A DNA stretch of 64,000 bases, taken from assembly GCA_963676835.2 (NCBI GenBank), contig CAXXFF010000002.1, positions 1,760,001 through 1,824,000 on the forward strand, in the 5' to 3' direction. The position numbers were made by a program, and so were the translations under genes. Origin of the DNA: Marispirochaeta sp. GTDB taxonomy: Bacteria > Spirochaetota > Spirochaetia > JC444 > Marispirochaetaceae. Below, piece by piece: positions 1 to 10,312 of the stretch. Numbering within the stretch: the stretch's first letter is position 1; every line of letters starts with the position of its first letter. The notes below the pieces were generated by a model. That model saw nothing but the letters and a program-made list of their open reading frames with translations, had not been told where the DNA came from and did not search any database.

Positions 1-2
1 CA

Positions 3-488
3 ATCGAGTTGGGGAATATCTTCAAGCTTGGCGATACCTACTGCCGGGCTATGGGCCTTGAGTATGAAGATGACAACCATAAACGCTATTTTCCCCATAT
101 GGGGTCTTACGGTATCGGAATCGGACGGCTGATAAACGCCATGGCCGCCGCCCACGGCGACAGCAAGGGGATCGGCTGGCCTCTGGAGGCAGCTCCTTTT
201 CGGGTTTATCTGATGGGTATCGGAAAAAGCCATAAGGTTCGGGATGCCGTGTTTCGCCTGCATAAAGAGATCGGAGAAGATTATGTGCTTCTTGATGACC
301 GTATAGAATCTCCGGGGGTGAAATTCTTTGATGCCGACCTGATTGGGGTACCTTTTAGGATTGTGGTTACCACAGCACTGCTGGTTACGGGAGAAATAGA
401 ACTGTATGAGCGTTCCAGCGGGACCATCAGCCAGATCCCCATCGACACTGCAGCGGACGTGATAAACGGATATTTCAGCCATGATTAA
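3..488 (+). CDS. proS: Prolyl-tRNA synthetase, C-terminal part (5'-truncated by window edge)
   Basis: IELGNIFKLG and motif-3-like MGSYGIGIGR, then anticodon-binding domain LLDDR..SPGVKFFDADLIGVP; frame is open to the window start. Confidence 0.85.
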   Translation: MELGNIFKLGDTYCRAMGLEYEDDNHKRYFPHMGSYGIGIGRLINAMAAAHGDSKGIGWPLEAAPFRVYLMGIGKSHKVRDAVFRLHKEIGEDYVLLDDRIESPGVKFFDADLIGVPFRIVVTTALLVTGEIELYERSSGTISQIPIDTAADVINGYFSHD

Positions 489-1407
489 GCAGCTGACCCC
501 GGAGCTGACTGATCAGATAATCTACGGAATGGAAAACCAGCAGGAGTATTTTTTTCTCGACCTGGAGTCCGGCAGCGTTACAGCAGAATCTGCTGAGGAT
601 CCGGGAGAGACTGTAAAGGAAAAAGAGCGGATACCCCGGTGGACCCCGGCCGATGGGTTTCAGCTGATGGAGCGCTTTGTTGATTCCCTCAGGAATCCGG
701 TCTACCGCGACCGCCTGCGGGAGGCTCTGGGCGCAGGGAAAGGGGTTTTCCGTAACTTTAAGAATATTGTCAAAGAGCGGGATGAAATTCAGCACCTCTG
801 GTTTCAGTTCAAGGAAAAAGAGATGCGTTCCCGGGTAAGAAAATGGTTTGAGCAGGTCTGCGAAGCCCGGGGACTTGCTGTTATCGGATTCGAGGGGGAT
901 GAGCCTGAAGAGACGGATGATCTTGTTTTCAGTGACTTCCGGGTAGAAGAAGTCTCCGTGCGTCCCGATGACCTTGAAGTATATGACAGGAAAGTCTTGA
1001 GTGAAGCTTTGGATGATACTCCGGCCGATTTTGTGCATCTTCAGTATCTGCTTCGCCGCTCATTTTCTGAAGCTAATGCCGGCAGAATGAAAGTGCTGCA
1101 TCTTGTGGCTCCTGATGGTACTGCCGCCGGGATTGTCTGGGGTGCGGATTCTCTGCTTCCCGGGGATATTTCCGGGGCATTAACAACAGGCAGTGGCGTT
1201 TGCTTTCTTCTGCAGCTGTATATTGAACCCGAATACCGGGGCCTGGGGATGTCGAAGATCCTGCTTCAAGCCTGGATTGAAGAAGCCCGTAAGCGAGGTA
1301 TGGAGCGGGTCTCTCTGGATCTCTGGGGTGGTGCGGGCAGTCTGAAAAGGGGCTTGTCGGAATACGGCTTTGAGGCCTACCGGGAATCGTTTCTGCTAAG
1401 GCTTTAG
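481..1407 (+). CDS. UPF0158-like N-terminal domain fused to GNAT acetyltransferase
   Basis: N-term FLDLESG...GFQLMERFV...GKGVFRNFK; C-term acetyl-CoA motif LYIEPEYRGLGMSKILL. Confidence 0.7.
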   Translation: MIKQLTPELTDQIIYGMENQQEYFFLDLESGSVTAESAEDPGETVKEKERIPRWTPADGFQLMERFVDSLRNPVYRDRLREALGAGKGVFRNFKNIVKERDEIQHLWFQFKEKEMRSRVRKWFEQVCEARGLAVIGFEGDEPEETDDLVFSDFRVEEVSVRPDDLEVYDRKVLSEALDDTPADFVHLQYLLRRSFSEANAGRMKVLHLVAPDGTAAGIVWGADSLLPGDISGALTTGSGVCFLLQLYIEPEYRGLGMSKILLQAWIEEARKRGMERVSLDLWGGAGSLKRGLSEYGFEAYRESFLLRL

Positions 1408-1497
1408 GTTTTTACGGCATACTTCTTAAGTATTTGTAAAGTTAGTTTACTATTTGTGCAAAATCTGCATTCTCTCGTCCGCTCGGCTGAAAAATTG

Positions 1498-1526
1498 TTG
1501 CCCATCCTGCACTACTGCAGTATTGT
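1498..1526 (+). promoter_or_regulatory. Putative sigma70 promoter of opp operon
   Basis: TTGCCC-17bp-TATTGT, upstream of the AAGGAG RBS of oppA. Confidence 0.45.
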
Positions 1527-1562
1527 AATATCTATATCAATAACTTGAGCAAGGAGTAATGT

Positions 1563-3134
1563 ATGAAGAAAATTCTTGTAATTTCGCTGATGCTGCTCGC
1601 AACATTAGGAATATTTGCGGCAGGAGGGGCTGAAGGCGGCGGTGCCGAGTTTAGTCTGGTAAACGGTGCGGAACCGGAGGCACTGGACCCGCATCTGATT
1701 GAGGGCGTTCCTGAGCACCGAATCTATATGTCCCTTTTTGAGGGGCTTACCACCATAGATCCCGAAACCGGTGGTCCCGTCCCCGGTCTTGCTGAAAGCT
1801 GGGAACGCAGTGATGGTGGCCTTCAGTATACCTTCAAGTTGAGAAAGACCGTATGGAGTGACGGTACCAAGATTACCGCCCAGACTGTGGTTGATTCATG
1901 GCTCAGAGGTATGGACCCGGAAACGGCTTCTCCTTATGCCTGGTTTCCCAATATGTTTATTAAAGGTGCCGAGGATTATAACTCCGGTGCAGCCGGACCG
2001 GATGCAGTACAGATCCGGGCACTGGATGACTACACCTTTCAGATTGATCTGATCGGTCCCCTGCCATATGTAATTGATGCCCTGACCCACTACTCTTTTG
2101 CAGTGGTTCCCATGCATGTTATCGAGAAATACGGTGATGAGTGGACTCTGCCTGAAAACTTTGTCGGTAATGGTCCTTTTGTTCTGGAAGAGTGGAAGCC
2201 CCAGGAATATCTTTCCGCCGTTCCTAACCCCAAATACTGGGACAAAAAGAACGTTAATCTTTCCAGGGTTACCTACCTTCCTGTAGAAGACAACAATACT
2301 GCCTACAACATGTTTCTTAACGGAGAGGTTGACTGGATTACCGAAGTTCCTCTGGATATGATGGAGCAGGCAAAACAGAATAAAGATTATTATGTAGCCC
2401 CTTATCTGGGAACCTACTATTATCTGGTGAACAATGACCGTCCTCCTTTTGATGATCCCCGGGTACGTAAAGCCCTTGCCATGGCTTTTGACCGCCAGGA
2501 ACTGATTGACCGGGTAGCCAAGGCCGGCCAGCTTCCTGCTTACTCTTTTGTCCCCACCAACATGGCCGGATTTCCCGGCGGAGATCTTTTTAAGGAAAGT
2601 GTCGCGGAAGCACAGAAACTGCTTGCGGAAGCTGGCTATCCCAATGGTGAAGGATTCCCCTCTTTTGAGATTCTTTACAATACTTCCGAAGGTCATAAAA
2701 AGATTGCCGAGTATATTCAGCAGGCCTGGGTTGAAAACCTGGGAATCGATTGTAAGCTCTTTAATCAGGAGTGGCAGACATACCTGGCTACCCGCCGTAC
2801 CCATGATTTTGCCGTTGCACGGGCAGGCTGGATCGGAGACTATACCGACCCCAATACCTTCCTTGATATGTTCCTCACCGGCAGTGCCGGAAACGACGGT
2901 CTCTATGCTAATTCTGCATATGATGAAGCTATCAAAAAGGCTGCCACCATGCCCGATGGCCCCGAACGGTATCAGGTTCTGCGGGATGCAGAAACCTACT
3001 TTATCGGTGAAGACATGGGTGTAATTCCCATTTACTTCTATGTTTCCAAGAACATGGTTGATACCGAAAAGTGGGGCGGCTGGTTTACCAACGTACGGGA
3101 CTATCATCCTCCCAAGAATATCTACCTTAAATAA
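1563..3134 (+). CDS. oppA: Oligopeptide ABC transporter substrate-binding protein
   Basis: Signal peptide; family-5 SBP motifs (EPEALDP, PGLAESW, YTFKLR, VGNGPF, VRKALAMAFDR). Confidence 0.93.
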   Translation: MKKILVISLMLLATLGIFAAGGAEGGGAEFSLVNGAEPEALDPHLIEGVPEHRIYMSLFEGLTTIDPETGGPVPGLAESWERSDGGLQYTFKLRKTVWSDGTKITAQTVVDSWLRGMDPETASPYAWFPNMFIKGAEDYNSGAAGPDAVQIRALDDYTFQIDLIGPLPYVIDALTHYSFAVVPMHVIEKYGDEWTLPENFVGNGPFVLEEWKPQEYLSAVPNPKYWDKKNVNLSRVTYLPVEDNNTAYNMFLNGEVDWITEVPLDMMEQAKQNKDYYVAPYLGTYYYLVNNDRPPFDDPRVRKALAMAFDRQELIDRVAKAGQLPAYSFVPTNMAGFPGGDLFKESVAEAQKLLAEAGYPNGEGFPSFEILYNTSEGHKKIAEYIQQAWVENLGIDCKLFNQEWQTYLATRRTHDFAVARAGWIGDYTDPNTFLDMFLTGSAGNDGLYANSAYDEAIKKAATMPDGPERYQVLRDAETYFIGEDMGVIPIYFYVSKNMVDTEKWGGWFTNVRDYHPPKNIYLK

Positions 3135-3167
3135 ACAGCACCACATTAACCTGTGATTTTGTTTCAT

Positions 3168-3206
3168 AATCCCCGGCCGGCTTCACTGCCGGCTGCGGGA
3201 TTTTCT
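3168..3206 (+). terminator. Stem-loop after oppA (terminator or mRNA stabiliser)
   Basis: AATCCC-C-GGCCGGC / GCCGGCT-GC-GGGATT followed by a short T-run. Confidence 0.6.
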
Positions 3207-3322
3207 CACATCTCAGATTCTCATGAAATTCAGAAAAGAGATAATAAAAAACTCCAATGTATATCTTTATCCTGCAGCGGCGGAGTCGCACCTGCCGGGA
3301 TATCCATTTTTTCGGGGGTGCT

Positions 3323-4252
3323 ATGACCAAGTACATTATCCGGCGTCTTATCGGCCTGATTCCCACTCTGTTTATCATTGTAACCATCAGTTTTTTTATA
3401 ATCCGGATAGCCCCGGGGGGCCCTTTTCAGGCCGAGCGTGCTTTGACCGAGCAGGTCATGAAGAATATTGAGGCGAAATATCACCTTGATGAACCGCTGA
3501 TGATGCAGTATCTGCGTTATATGTGGGATGTTCTGCGGGGGGACCTGGGGCCCAGTTACCGCTATAACGATCATGATGTTAATTTCTACATCTTTTCCAG
3601 TCTGCCAAACTCTCTGTTTCTCGGAGTAATTTCCCTCGGTATCGCCATTGTGCTCGGTATCGGAGCGGGAATGGTTGCATCCCTTAAGCAGAACTCAATC
3701 ATTGACTATACCGCCATGTCCTTTGCCGTGGTTGGAATCTCGGTGCCTATGTTTGTTATCGGGCCGGTGCTTATGTGGATTTTCGCCATGAAGCTCCGCT
3801 GGCTGCCCACCTCCGGCTGGATAACCGGACGCTACGGCTGGGTAACCATTATTATGCCGGCCATAACCCTTGCCATGACTCCCTTTGCTAATATTGCCCG
3901 CTTATCCAGGGCGAGTATGCTGGAGGTTCTGCGGAGCGATTATATCCGTACCGCCCGTGCCAAGGGGCTCACCGACAGAGTGATTATGTTCAAGCATGTA
4001 CTTAAAGGGGCGTTGCTGCCGGTTGTCAGTTATCTGGGGCCTGCATTTGCCGCTACGGTTACCGGCTCTGTCGTAGTCGAGACAATCTTCCGTGTCCCCG
4101 GGCTGGGGCGCTTCTTTGTACAGTCTGCCCTGAACCGGGATTATACCCTTATTATGGGGACGGTCATTGTCTACTCGGTAATCCTCATTGTAATGAATTT
4201 TATTGTTGATATTGTCTATGGGTTCCTTGATCCCAGGGTTTCATACAAATAG
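3323..4252 (+). CDS. oppB: Oligopeptide ABC transporter permease
   Basis: MTKYIIRRL start after GGGGGTG RBS; EAA-like loop DYIRTARAKGL. Confidence 0.92.
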   Translation: MTKYIIRRLIGLIPTLFIIVTISFFIIRIAPGGPFQAERALTEQVMKNIEAKYHLDEPLMMQYLRYMWDVLRGDLGPSYRYNDHDVNFYIFSSLPNSLFLGVISLGIAIVLGIGAGMVASLKQNSIIDYTAMSFAVVGISVPMFVIGPVLMWIFAMKLRWLPTSGWITGRYGWVTIIMPAITLAMTPFANIARLSRASMLEVLRSDYIRTARAKGLTDRVIMFKHVLKGALLPVVSYLGPAFAATVTGSVVVETIFRVPGLGRFFVQSALNRDYTLIMGTVIVYSVILIVMNFIVDIVYGFLDPRVSYK

Positions 4253-4262
4253 GAGGTCATGA

Positions 4263-5339
4263 ATGTCTGAAACAAACAGTTCTGCAGTGGATGACCTGAA
4301 TCAGCCGGTAAAGGGGAACAGCCTTACCCGGGATGCCTGGAACCGCCTGAAGAAGAACCATATGGCCATGGCCGGACTTGTGCTGGTTATTGTTTATACG
4401 GTACTTTCTCTGGCTGCACCGATTCTGCCTATCTACTCGTACAAGAAAATTATTCCCGAGCATCAGGATCTGCCTCCAAGCCTCTCAAAGAGCGCCGGAG
4501 AGCTCTGGTATGCCAAGGAAGAAGCAGTTATGCATGCGGTTGCCAAAAAAGAGAAACGGGAACTGACTTCAGAAGAAACCGCCAAGCTGGCGGCCATTAA
4601 AGAGCAGATTGCCACGGAGACCATGGAGTACAAGGGTGAAACTGTTCTTGTCCATCAGCGGCATTACCTGCTGGGAACTGATTACCATGGCAGGGATATG
4701 CTGGCCCGTATTATCTACGGAGGGCAGGTTTCGATTGCCATCGGAATTGTGGGAACCTTCACCTCCTTTCTGATAGGCATCTTGTTGGGCGCACTGGCAG
4801 GCTACGCCGGGGGTAAAACGGACTACATCATCATGCGGGTGGTTGATGTTATGTACGGCCTTCCCTACATGCTGCTGGTTATAATCTTTATGGCCATTTT
4901 CGGCCGTAATATCTTAAACCTTTTTCTGGCCCTGTCGGTAGTCAGCTGGCTAACGGTCGCCCGGGTAGTGCGGGGGCAGGTGATCACTTTGAAGAATTCC
5001 GAATTCGTCGAGGCCGCCCGTTCCATGGGAGCCGGCACCTGGCGGATTATCCTGCGCCATCTTATTCCCAACTCGCTGGGAATTATTATTGTATTTGCCA
5101 CCCTGCGGATTCCCTCCTTCATTATGATGGAATCTTTTCTCTCCTATCTGGGCCTGGGTGTTTCCGCCCCTTATGCATCCTGGGGTTCCCTGGTAAAAGA
5201 GGGAGTTGACGGGATGACCGTCTATCCCTGGCGGCTGTTCTTTCCCGCAGGTGCGATGACTCTGTTTCTGTTTGCCATGAATTTTCTCGGCGACGGTTTG
5301 CGGGATGCCTTTGATCCTCAGAGCAAGAACAAACTATAG
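4263..5339 (+). CDS. oppC: Oligopeptide ABC transporter permease
   Basis: LLGTDYHGRD, EFVEAARSMGA, GDGLRDAFDP. Confidence 0.92.
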   Translation: MSETNSSAVDDLNQPVKGNSLTRDAWNRLKKNHMAMAGLVLVIVYTVLSLAAPILPIYSYKKIIPEHQDLPPSLSKSAGELWYAKEEAVMHAVAKKEKRELTSEETAKLAAIKEQIATETMEYKGETVLVHQRHYLLGTDYHGRDMLARIIYGGQVSIAIGIVGTFTSFLIGILLGALAGYAGGKTDYIIMRVVDVMYGLPYMLLVIIFMAIFGRNILNLFLALSVVSWLTVARVVRGQVITLKNSEFVEAARSMGAGTWRIILRHLIPNSLGIIIVFATLRIPSFIMMESFLSYLGLGVSAPYASWGSLVKEGVDGMTVYPWRLFFPAGAMTLFLFAMNFLGDGLRDAFDPQSKNKL

Positions 5340-5357
5340 GAAACCAAGGAGAAGCGT

Positions 5358-6362
5358 GTGACAAGCAGGGAAGTAATTCTTGAAGTAAAAGATCTGCGGA
5401 CCCATTTTAAAACTGACGACGGCGTAGTAAAGGCTGTTGACGGCGTTTCCTTTGTCCTGCACAAGGGGGAGACTCTTGGAGTTGTGGGGGAGTCTGGTTC
5501 CGGTAAATCGGTAACAAATCTTTCTATAATGCGGCTTATTCCCTCTCCTCCGGGAAAGATTGTTTCAGGGGAGGTTGTTTTTGAAGGCGGAGATATCCTC
5601 GGACTGAAAAACGAGGAACTGCGGAAGATCCGGGGAAACAGAATCTCCATGATTTTTCAAGACCCCATGACAAGTCTTAATCCATTTTTAAGGATATCCA
5701 CTCAGCTTATCGAGACGATAATGCTCCACCAGAAAGTGGACAAGAAAGCAGCCCGGGAACGGGCAGTAGAGATGCTGCAGAAAGTAGGGATACCCAATGC
5801 GGTTAAGCGGGTGGATAATTATCCTCACCAGTTTTCCGGCGGGATGCGCCAGCGGGTTATGATTGCCATGGCCTTAAGCTGTAATCCGGATATTCTCATA
5901 GCCGATGAACCGACTACCGCACTGGATGTTACCATTCAGGCCCAGATCCTTGAGCTGATGCAGGAGCTGGCCGAAGAGTTCGGTACTGCCCAGATTCTGA
6001 TTACCCACGATCTGGGTGTTGTGGCCGGGATGTGCGACAATATCTGCGTTATGTATGCAGGCCGGATTGTTGAGAAGGCTACGGCGGATGAACTGTTTGA
6101 AGATCCTCAGCACCCCTACAGTCAGGGCCTGATAAACTCGGTTCCACGGCTGGATCGTGAAAAAAAAGAGACTCTCTATTCTATAAAGGGGCAGCCGCCG
6201 AACCTTATAAACCTGCCTGACTGCTGTCCTTTTCATCCCCGCTGCGAAAAGGCTATGGATGTCTGCCGCAGCAAATATCCTCCTCAGACGGTTTCGGAGA
6301 GCGGCAGGATGGTTGCCTGCTGGCTCTATCGGGACGAATCTGAACAGAAGGAGCATGTCTGA
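5358..6362 (+). CDS. oppD: Oligopeptide ABC transporter ATPase
   Basis: Walker [27 protein letters not shown]-terminal Cys-rich extension. Confidence 0.93.
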   Translation: MTSREVILEVKDLRTHFKTDDGVVKAVDGVSFVLHKGETLGVVGESGSGKSVTNLSIMRLIPSPPGKIVSGEVVFEGGDILGLKNEELRKIRGNRISMIFQDPMTSLNPFLRISTQLIETIMLHQKVDKKAARERAVEMLQKVGIPNAVKRVDNYPHQFSGGMRQRVMIAMALSCNPDILIADEPTTALDVTIQAQILELMQELAEEFGTAQILITHDLGVVAGMCDNICVMYAGRIVEKATADELFEDPQHPYSQGLINSVPRLDREKKETLYSIKGQPPNLINLPDCCPFHPRCEKAMDVCRSKYPPQTVSESGRMVACWLYRDESEQKEHV

Positions 6363-7358
6363 ATGAGCACCGATGTTATTCTCGAAGCAAAAGATCTGAA
6401 ACTGCATTTTCCCATAGAAGAGGGGCTTCTCCTGAAAAAAACCGTCGGCCATGTCCGGGCGGTTGACGGCGTTTCGTTTTCAATTAACAAAGGTGAAACC
6501 CTGGGGCTCGTCGGCGAGTCCGGCTGCGGTAAAAGCACCACCGCCCGGGCTATTGCGCAGCTGTATAAGCCCACCGGTGGTGAAGTGCTTTTTCAGGGAC
6601 GGAATCTGCCTGATCTGGGGCCGCAGGAACTCCTGCGTGCCCGGCAGGACATGCAGATGGTATTCCAGGATCCGTATGCATCCCTCAATCCCCGTATGAC
6701 CGTACGCAACATTATTGCCGAACCAATAAACATCTACCGCAAACAGGGGCTGTTGAGACTTGATTCCCGGGAGATAGAATTGCGGGTAGAAGAGCTTATG
6801 GAGAGGGTGGGGCTTTCGAAGTACTACAAGAACCGTTATCCCCACGAGTTTTCCGGCGGTCAGCGGCAGCGTATCGGTATCGCCCGTGCCCTGGCGCTGA
6901 ACCCGAAGCTGATTCTGCTGGACGAACCGGTAAGTGCGCTGGATGTATCCATTCAGTCCCAGATTCTTAACCTGCTTACCCAGCTGCAGAAGGAGATGGG
7001 ACTTACCTATCTTTTCATTGCCCATGATCTTGCGGTTATCGAGTATATCAGTACACGGGTTGCGGTTATGTATCTTGGTAAGATTGTGGAAGTTGCCCGG
7101 TCGTCGGAGTTATACAAAAACCCTCAGCATCCCTATACTCAGGCTCTGCTTTCCGCGGCTCCCATTCCCGATCCGAAGGTGGAGCGCCAGCGGCAAAGAA
7201 TAATTCTTAGCGGAGATGTTCCGTCACCGGATAAGGAACGCCACGGTTGTTACTTTTATGATCGCTGCCCGAAACGGATGGACCGCTGCCGGGAGAGTAT
7301 TCCTGAGCTGAAGAAAACTGAAGACGGCCATGAGGTTGCCTGCTATCTTTACGAGTAG
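6363..7358 (+). CDS. oppF: Oligopeptide ABC transporter ATPase
   Basis: [25 protein letters not shown]. Confidence 0.93.
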   Translation: MSTDVILEAKDLKLHFPIEEGLLLKKTVGHVRAVDGVSFSINKGETLGLVGESGCGKSTTARAIAQLYKPTGGEVLFQGRNLPDLGPQELLRARQDMQMVFQDPYASLNPRMTVRNIIAEPINIYRKQGLLRLDSREIELRVEELMERVGLSKYYKNRYPHEFSGGQRQRIGIARALALNPKLILLDEPVSALDVSIQSQILNLLTQLQKEMGLTYLFIAHDLAVIEYISTRVAVMYLGKIVEVARSSELYKNPQHPYTQALLSAAPIPDPKVERQRQRIILSGDVPSPDKERHGCYFYDRCPKRMDRCRESIPELKKTEDGHEVACYLYE

Positions 7359-7362
7359 AGAA

Positions 7363-7842
7363 TCAGGTTTCGTCCATAAATGAGATCCCGCATCGTTCCG
7401 CGATGCGGACACCCTTGAGGTTGAGTTCCTGTTTTTTTCGCAGGGGCAGTACCTCAAGGGTCTTTTTTTCTCCTTCCACGGTGGTGAAGCTCAGAACAGC
7501 ATAGCTTGGGAGCAGTAACGATCCCGGTGAGGTTCCGGTAGATTTTCCTTTGGTGAAGGATGACAGGAAAAGACCTTCAAGATCTTCAGCTTTCCATCGC
7601 TCCTTTCTACTGAACATAATCAGGCCGTGACGGCTTTCTATTCCAGTACTGCTGAAAACCCAGCGTTCCTCGTAGAGCGCTCCGAACAGGGCTAACAGGA
7701 AAAAGATGAGCGGACCTGCGGCAGGGCTGGTGATCATGGCTCCGGCGATGACTGCACTTATAATCAGAAGGCTGACCCGGAACCAGGGGCTGATGGTAAG
7801 GTTAAGGTTGCCTTCCTTTATTTCTCTGAGCTGCAGTTTCAT
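7363..7842 (-). CDS. Hypothetical membrane protein (two N-terminal TM helices)
   Basis: Hydrophobic segments at about aa 22-56; ATGA overlap with the upstream HAD gene. Confidence 0.65.
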   Translation of the reverse strand: MKLQLREIKEGNLNLTISPWFRVSLLIISAVIAGAMITSPAAGPLIFFLLALFGALYEERWVFSSTGIESRHGLIMFSRKERWKAEDLEGLFLSSFTKGKSTGTSPGSLLLPSYAVLSFTTVEGEKKTLEVLPLRKKQELNLKGVRIAERCGISFMDET

Positions 7843-8498
7843 TTCCCGCTGCTTCCTGTTCCAAAAGTTTTCTCTATAAAAATCGGCAGTTCTTCTATTT
7901 GCCGTATCACAGGATAGTCAGCTTCCGTCCGGCGGTTCAGTTCATCAATCAGAAGAACATGTCCTCCCATAGCCTGAAAAGGTGCCAGATAGGAGGGTAC
8001 ATCGTCGATAAACAGCACTTCTTCCGCTGGGTGGTCAATTTCCGCAAGTATACGGGTGTAGACTGCCGGATCAGGTTTCCCCTGCAGGTTGTTGTAGCGG
8101 AGATCGAAGACCCTTTCAAACTGATCAAGAATCTCCAGGTATTCAAGAACTCTGAGGGCATGCTCTTTCGGAGAGTTAGTCAGTATGGACCGTGGTACCG
8201 GGATGTCCCCCAGGATCTTTTTGAGGTCGGGATTCTTTTTGAGATACCGATCCATATCCTTCGGATGCACCGCATCCATATATTCATCAATTTTATCAAA
8301 ACCGTATACCTGCATAAGCCACTGCAGGGTTGTGCCGTAGGCCTTGCCCCGTGTTTTTCTCATGGTTCGGGCCTCGTCATCGCTCACTCCCAGAAAGCCT
8401 GCGGTGTAGTGGTTTATTGCTTCCTCAAACCGGGCGCCGAGAATGCTTGATTCCGGATAAAGGGTATTGTCCACGTCAAAAAGTATGTACTTGATCAT
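7839..8498 (-). CDS. HAD-superfamily hydrolase, pyrimidine 5'-nucleotidase-like
   Basis: Motif I FDVDNTLY, ILTNS, KPDP, FIDD; start reassigned to MIKYILFD. Confidence 0.85.
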   Translation of the reverse strand: MIKYILFDVDNTLYPESSILGARFEEAINHYTAGFLGVSDDEARTMRKTRGKAYGTTLQWLMQVYGFDKIDEYMDAVHPKDMDRYLKKNPDLKKILGDIPVPRSILTNSPKEHALRVLEYLEILDQFERVFDLRYNNLQGKPDPAVYTRILAEIDHPAEEVLFIDDVPSYLAPFQAMGGHVLLIDELNRRTEADYPVIRQIEELPIFIEKTFGTGSSGK

Positions 8499-8552
8499 AG
8501 TGTTCAAGGCTAACCGAAAGGCCCGAACGGGGCAAGTCCTGTTAAAACTGTA

Positions 8553-8601
8553 TTGACAGTAAGCTTCTGTGCAATTAGTATTAACTACCATGGTAGTTAA
8601 T
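8553..8601 (+). promoter_or_regulatory. Sigma70 promoter with overlapping 22-bp perfect palindrome (candidate TrmB operator)
   Basis: TTGACA(8553)-17bp-TAGTAT(8576); ATTAACTACCATGGTAGTTAAT at 8580-8601, centred on the start codon. Confidence 0.75.
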
Positions 8602-9429
8602 CAAATCCTTGAGAAGTTCGCAGAACTTGGGTACTCCGAGTACGAAGGACGGGTATATCTGGCAATCCTGGAGAAGAGCCCGGTTACCGCTTACGAGGCA
8701 TCGAAAAGAGCAGGAGTTCCCAGTTCCAAAATTTATCAGGTAATCAGCAGGCTCATTGAAAAGGGCATGGTTCATCCTCTGGAGGATGAAGGGAAAACAA
8801 AGTATCTGGCTCTGCCTCCCGGTGAGTTTATTGAATCACGCCGGGAAGCCATGGGAAGTATTTTTGACGGCCTGAAGCAGGATTTTGAATCTCTGGGTAA
8901 GCCCAGGGAAACCTCGTTTATCTGGAATATGAATAACCGTGAAGAGTTTACCCTGAGAGCCCGGCGTCTTGTTGGTGAGGCGAAAAAATCTCTGCTCATC
9001 TCGCTCTGGAATAATGAACTGGAGCTTCTCCATGAGGATCTTGAAGATGCCGGACAACGGGGCATCTCAACTGCAACGGTACTATTTGGTGAGGATGGTG
9101 CGAGCCCTTTGCAGCCGCTGTTCCATCACCCCATAGAAAATACCCTTTTTGCTGAGCGCGGCGGCCGGGGATTTACCCTTGTAACTGACTCCCGGGAGGC
9201 AATGGCGGGAACCTTCTATGCAGACGGACGGGTCGAAGGAGCCTGGTCAAGAAACCGGGGGTTTGTGACCCTGGCTGAGGACTATATCAAACACGATATC
9301 TACATTATGAAAATTGTCCGCAGATACGGAGAAGAGCTGTCCCGGCGTTTCGGTGACGACTTCGTACTTTTACGGGATGTTTTTTCCGACCGGGAAATTG
9401 AAGGAGATACAGATGAAAATATGGATTGA
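8590..9429 (+). CDS. TrmB-family transcriptional regulator
   Basis: LGYSEYEGRVYLAIL...AGVPSSKIYQVISRLIEKG winged HTH, plus C-terminal effector domain. Confidence 0.85.
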   Translation: MVVNQILEKFAELGYSEYEGRVYLAILEKSPVTAYEASKRAGVPSSKIYQVISRLIEKGMVHPLEDEGKTKYLALPPGEFIESRREAMGSIFDGLKQDFESLGKPRETSFIWNMNNREEFTLRARRLVGEAKKSLLISLWNNELELLHEDLEDAGQRGISTATVLFGEDGASPLQPLFHHPIENTLFAERGGRGFTLVTDSREAMAGTFYADGRVEGAWSRNRGFVTLAEDYIKHDIYIMKIVRRYGEELSRRFGDDFVLLRDVFSDREIEGDTDENMD

Positions 9430-10267
9430 CGGTAATATCAAAGATGAAAGTGAGGCGGTGATTTCCGTCTTTGACCATGGGCTTCTTTACGGGGATGGAA
9501 TTTTTGAAGGTATCCGTATCTACGGCGGCAATGTCTTTAAACTGGATGAACATCTGGACCGTCTCTATGAAGGTGCCCGGGCCATCAGTCTTACTGTTCC
9601 CTATTCACAGGACGAACTTGCAAAGTTTACCCGGGAGACCGTTGCCGCAGAGGGCTCTGATGAGGGTTACATCCGCCTGGTGGTAACCCGGGGATGCGGA
9701 ACCCTCGGGGTCAGTCCCGTACGTTGTCCCAAAGCCTCAGTTATTATTATTGTAGGCGGAATCCAGCTCTACCCGGAGGAGTTCTACCGCAAGGGCATCT
9801 CCCTTATTACCGCCTCTATCCGCCGCAGCACGGTGACCAATGTGGATGAACGGATCAAGTCCCTGAACTACCTGCCCAATGTTATGGCTTCCCTGGAGGC
9901 TCACAACTCCGGCTGTCAGGAGGCTCTGATCCTGAATCAGGACGGCTTTGTTGCGGAATGTTCTGCGGATAATATTTTCCGGGTACGAAAAGGACGACTG
10001 GAGACGCCCCCGATCTCTTCCGGGGCACTGGACGGAATCACCCGCCGTACGGTTCTCGAACTTGCGGGCAAGCTCGGTATTCCTTCCGAAGAGAAACTGC
10101 TTACCTGTTATGATTTTTATACCGCCGACGAGTGTTTTCTTACCGGCACCGGTGCTGAGCTTGTACCGGTTGCACGGATTGACGGGCGCAGCATCGGGAC
10201 AGGTGAACCGGGTCCGCTTACCGGAATGCTCGCTGAAGCCTACGGACAGCTGGTTCGGGGTAAGTAA
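9413..10267 (+). CDS. ilvE: Class IV PLP aminotransferase (branched-chain amino acid aminotransferase-like)
   Basis: DHGLLYGDGIFEGIR, IKSLNY (PLP Lys), LDGITR, FLTGTGAE; AAGGAG RBS. Confidence 0.85.
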   Translation: MKIWIDGNIKDESEAVISVFDHGLLYGDGIFEGIRIYGGNVFKLDEHLDRLYEGARAISLTVPYSQDELAKFTRETVAAEGSDEGYIRLVVTRGCGTLGVSPVRCPKASVIIIVGGIQLYPEEFYRKGISLITASIRRSTVTNVDERIKSLNYLPNVMASLEAHNSGCQEALILNQDGFVAECSADNIFRVRKGRLETPPISSGALDGITRRTVLELAGKLGIPSEEKLLTCYDFYTADECFLTGTGAELVPVARIDGRSIGTGEPGPLTGMLAEAYGQLVRGK

Positions 10268-10312
10268 AGCTGCTTTCTGGATACAAATAGAAATCCCGGG
10301 TAGAGTATAGTC

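Noticed and set aside
1896..3167. Long antisense ORFs (e.g. 423 aa opposite oppA; also 23977-25071, 28565-29542, 31489-32391)
   Set aside because: They shadow well-supported genes on the other strand and carry no recognisable motifs
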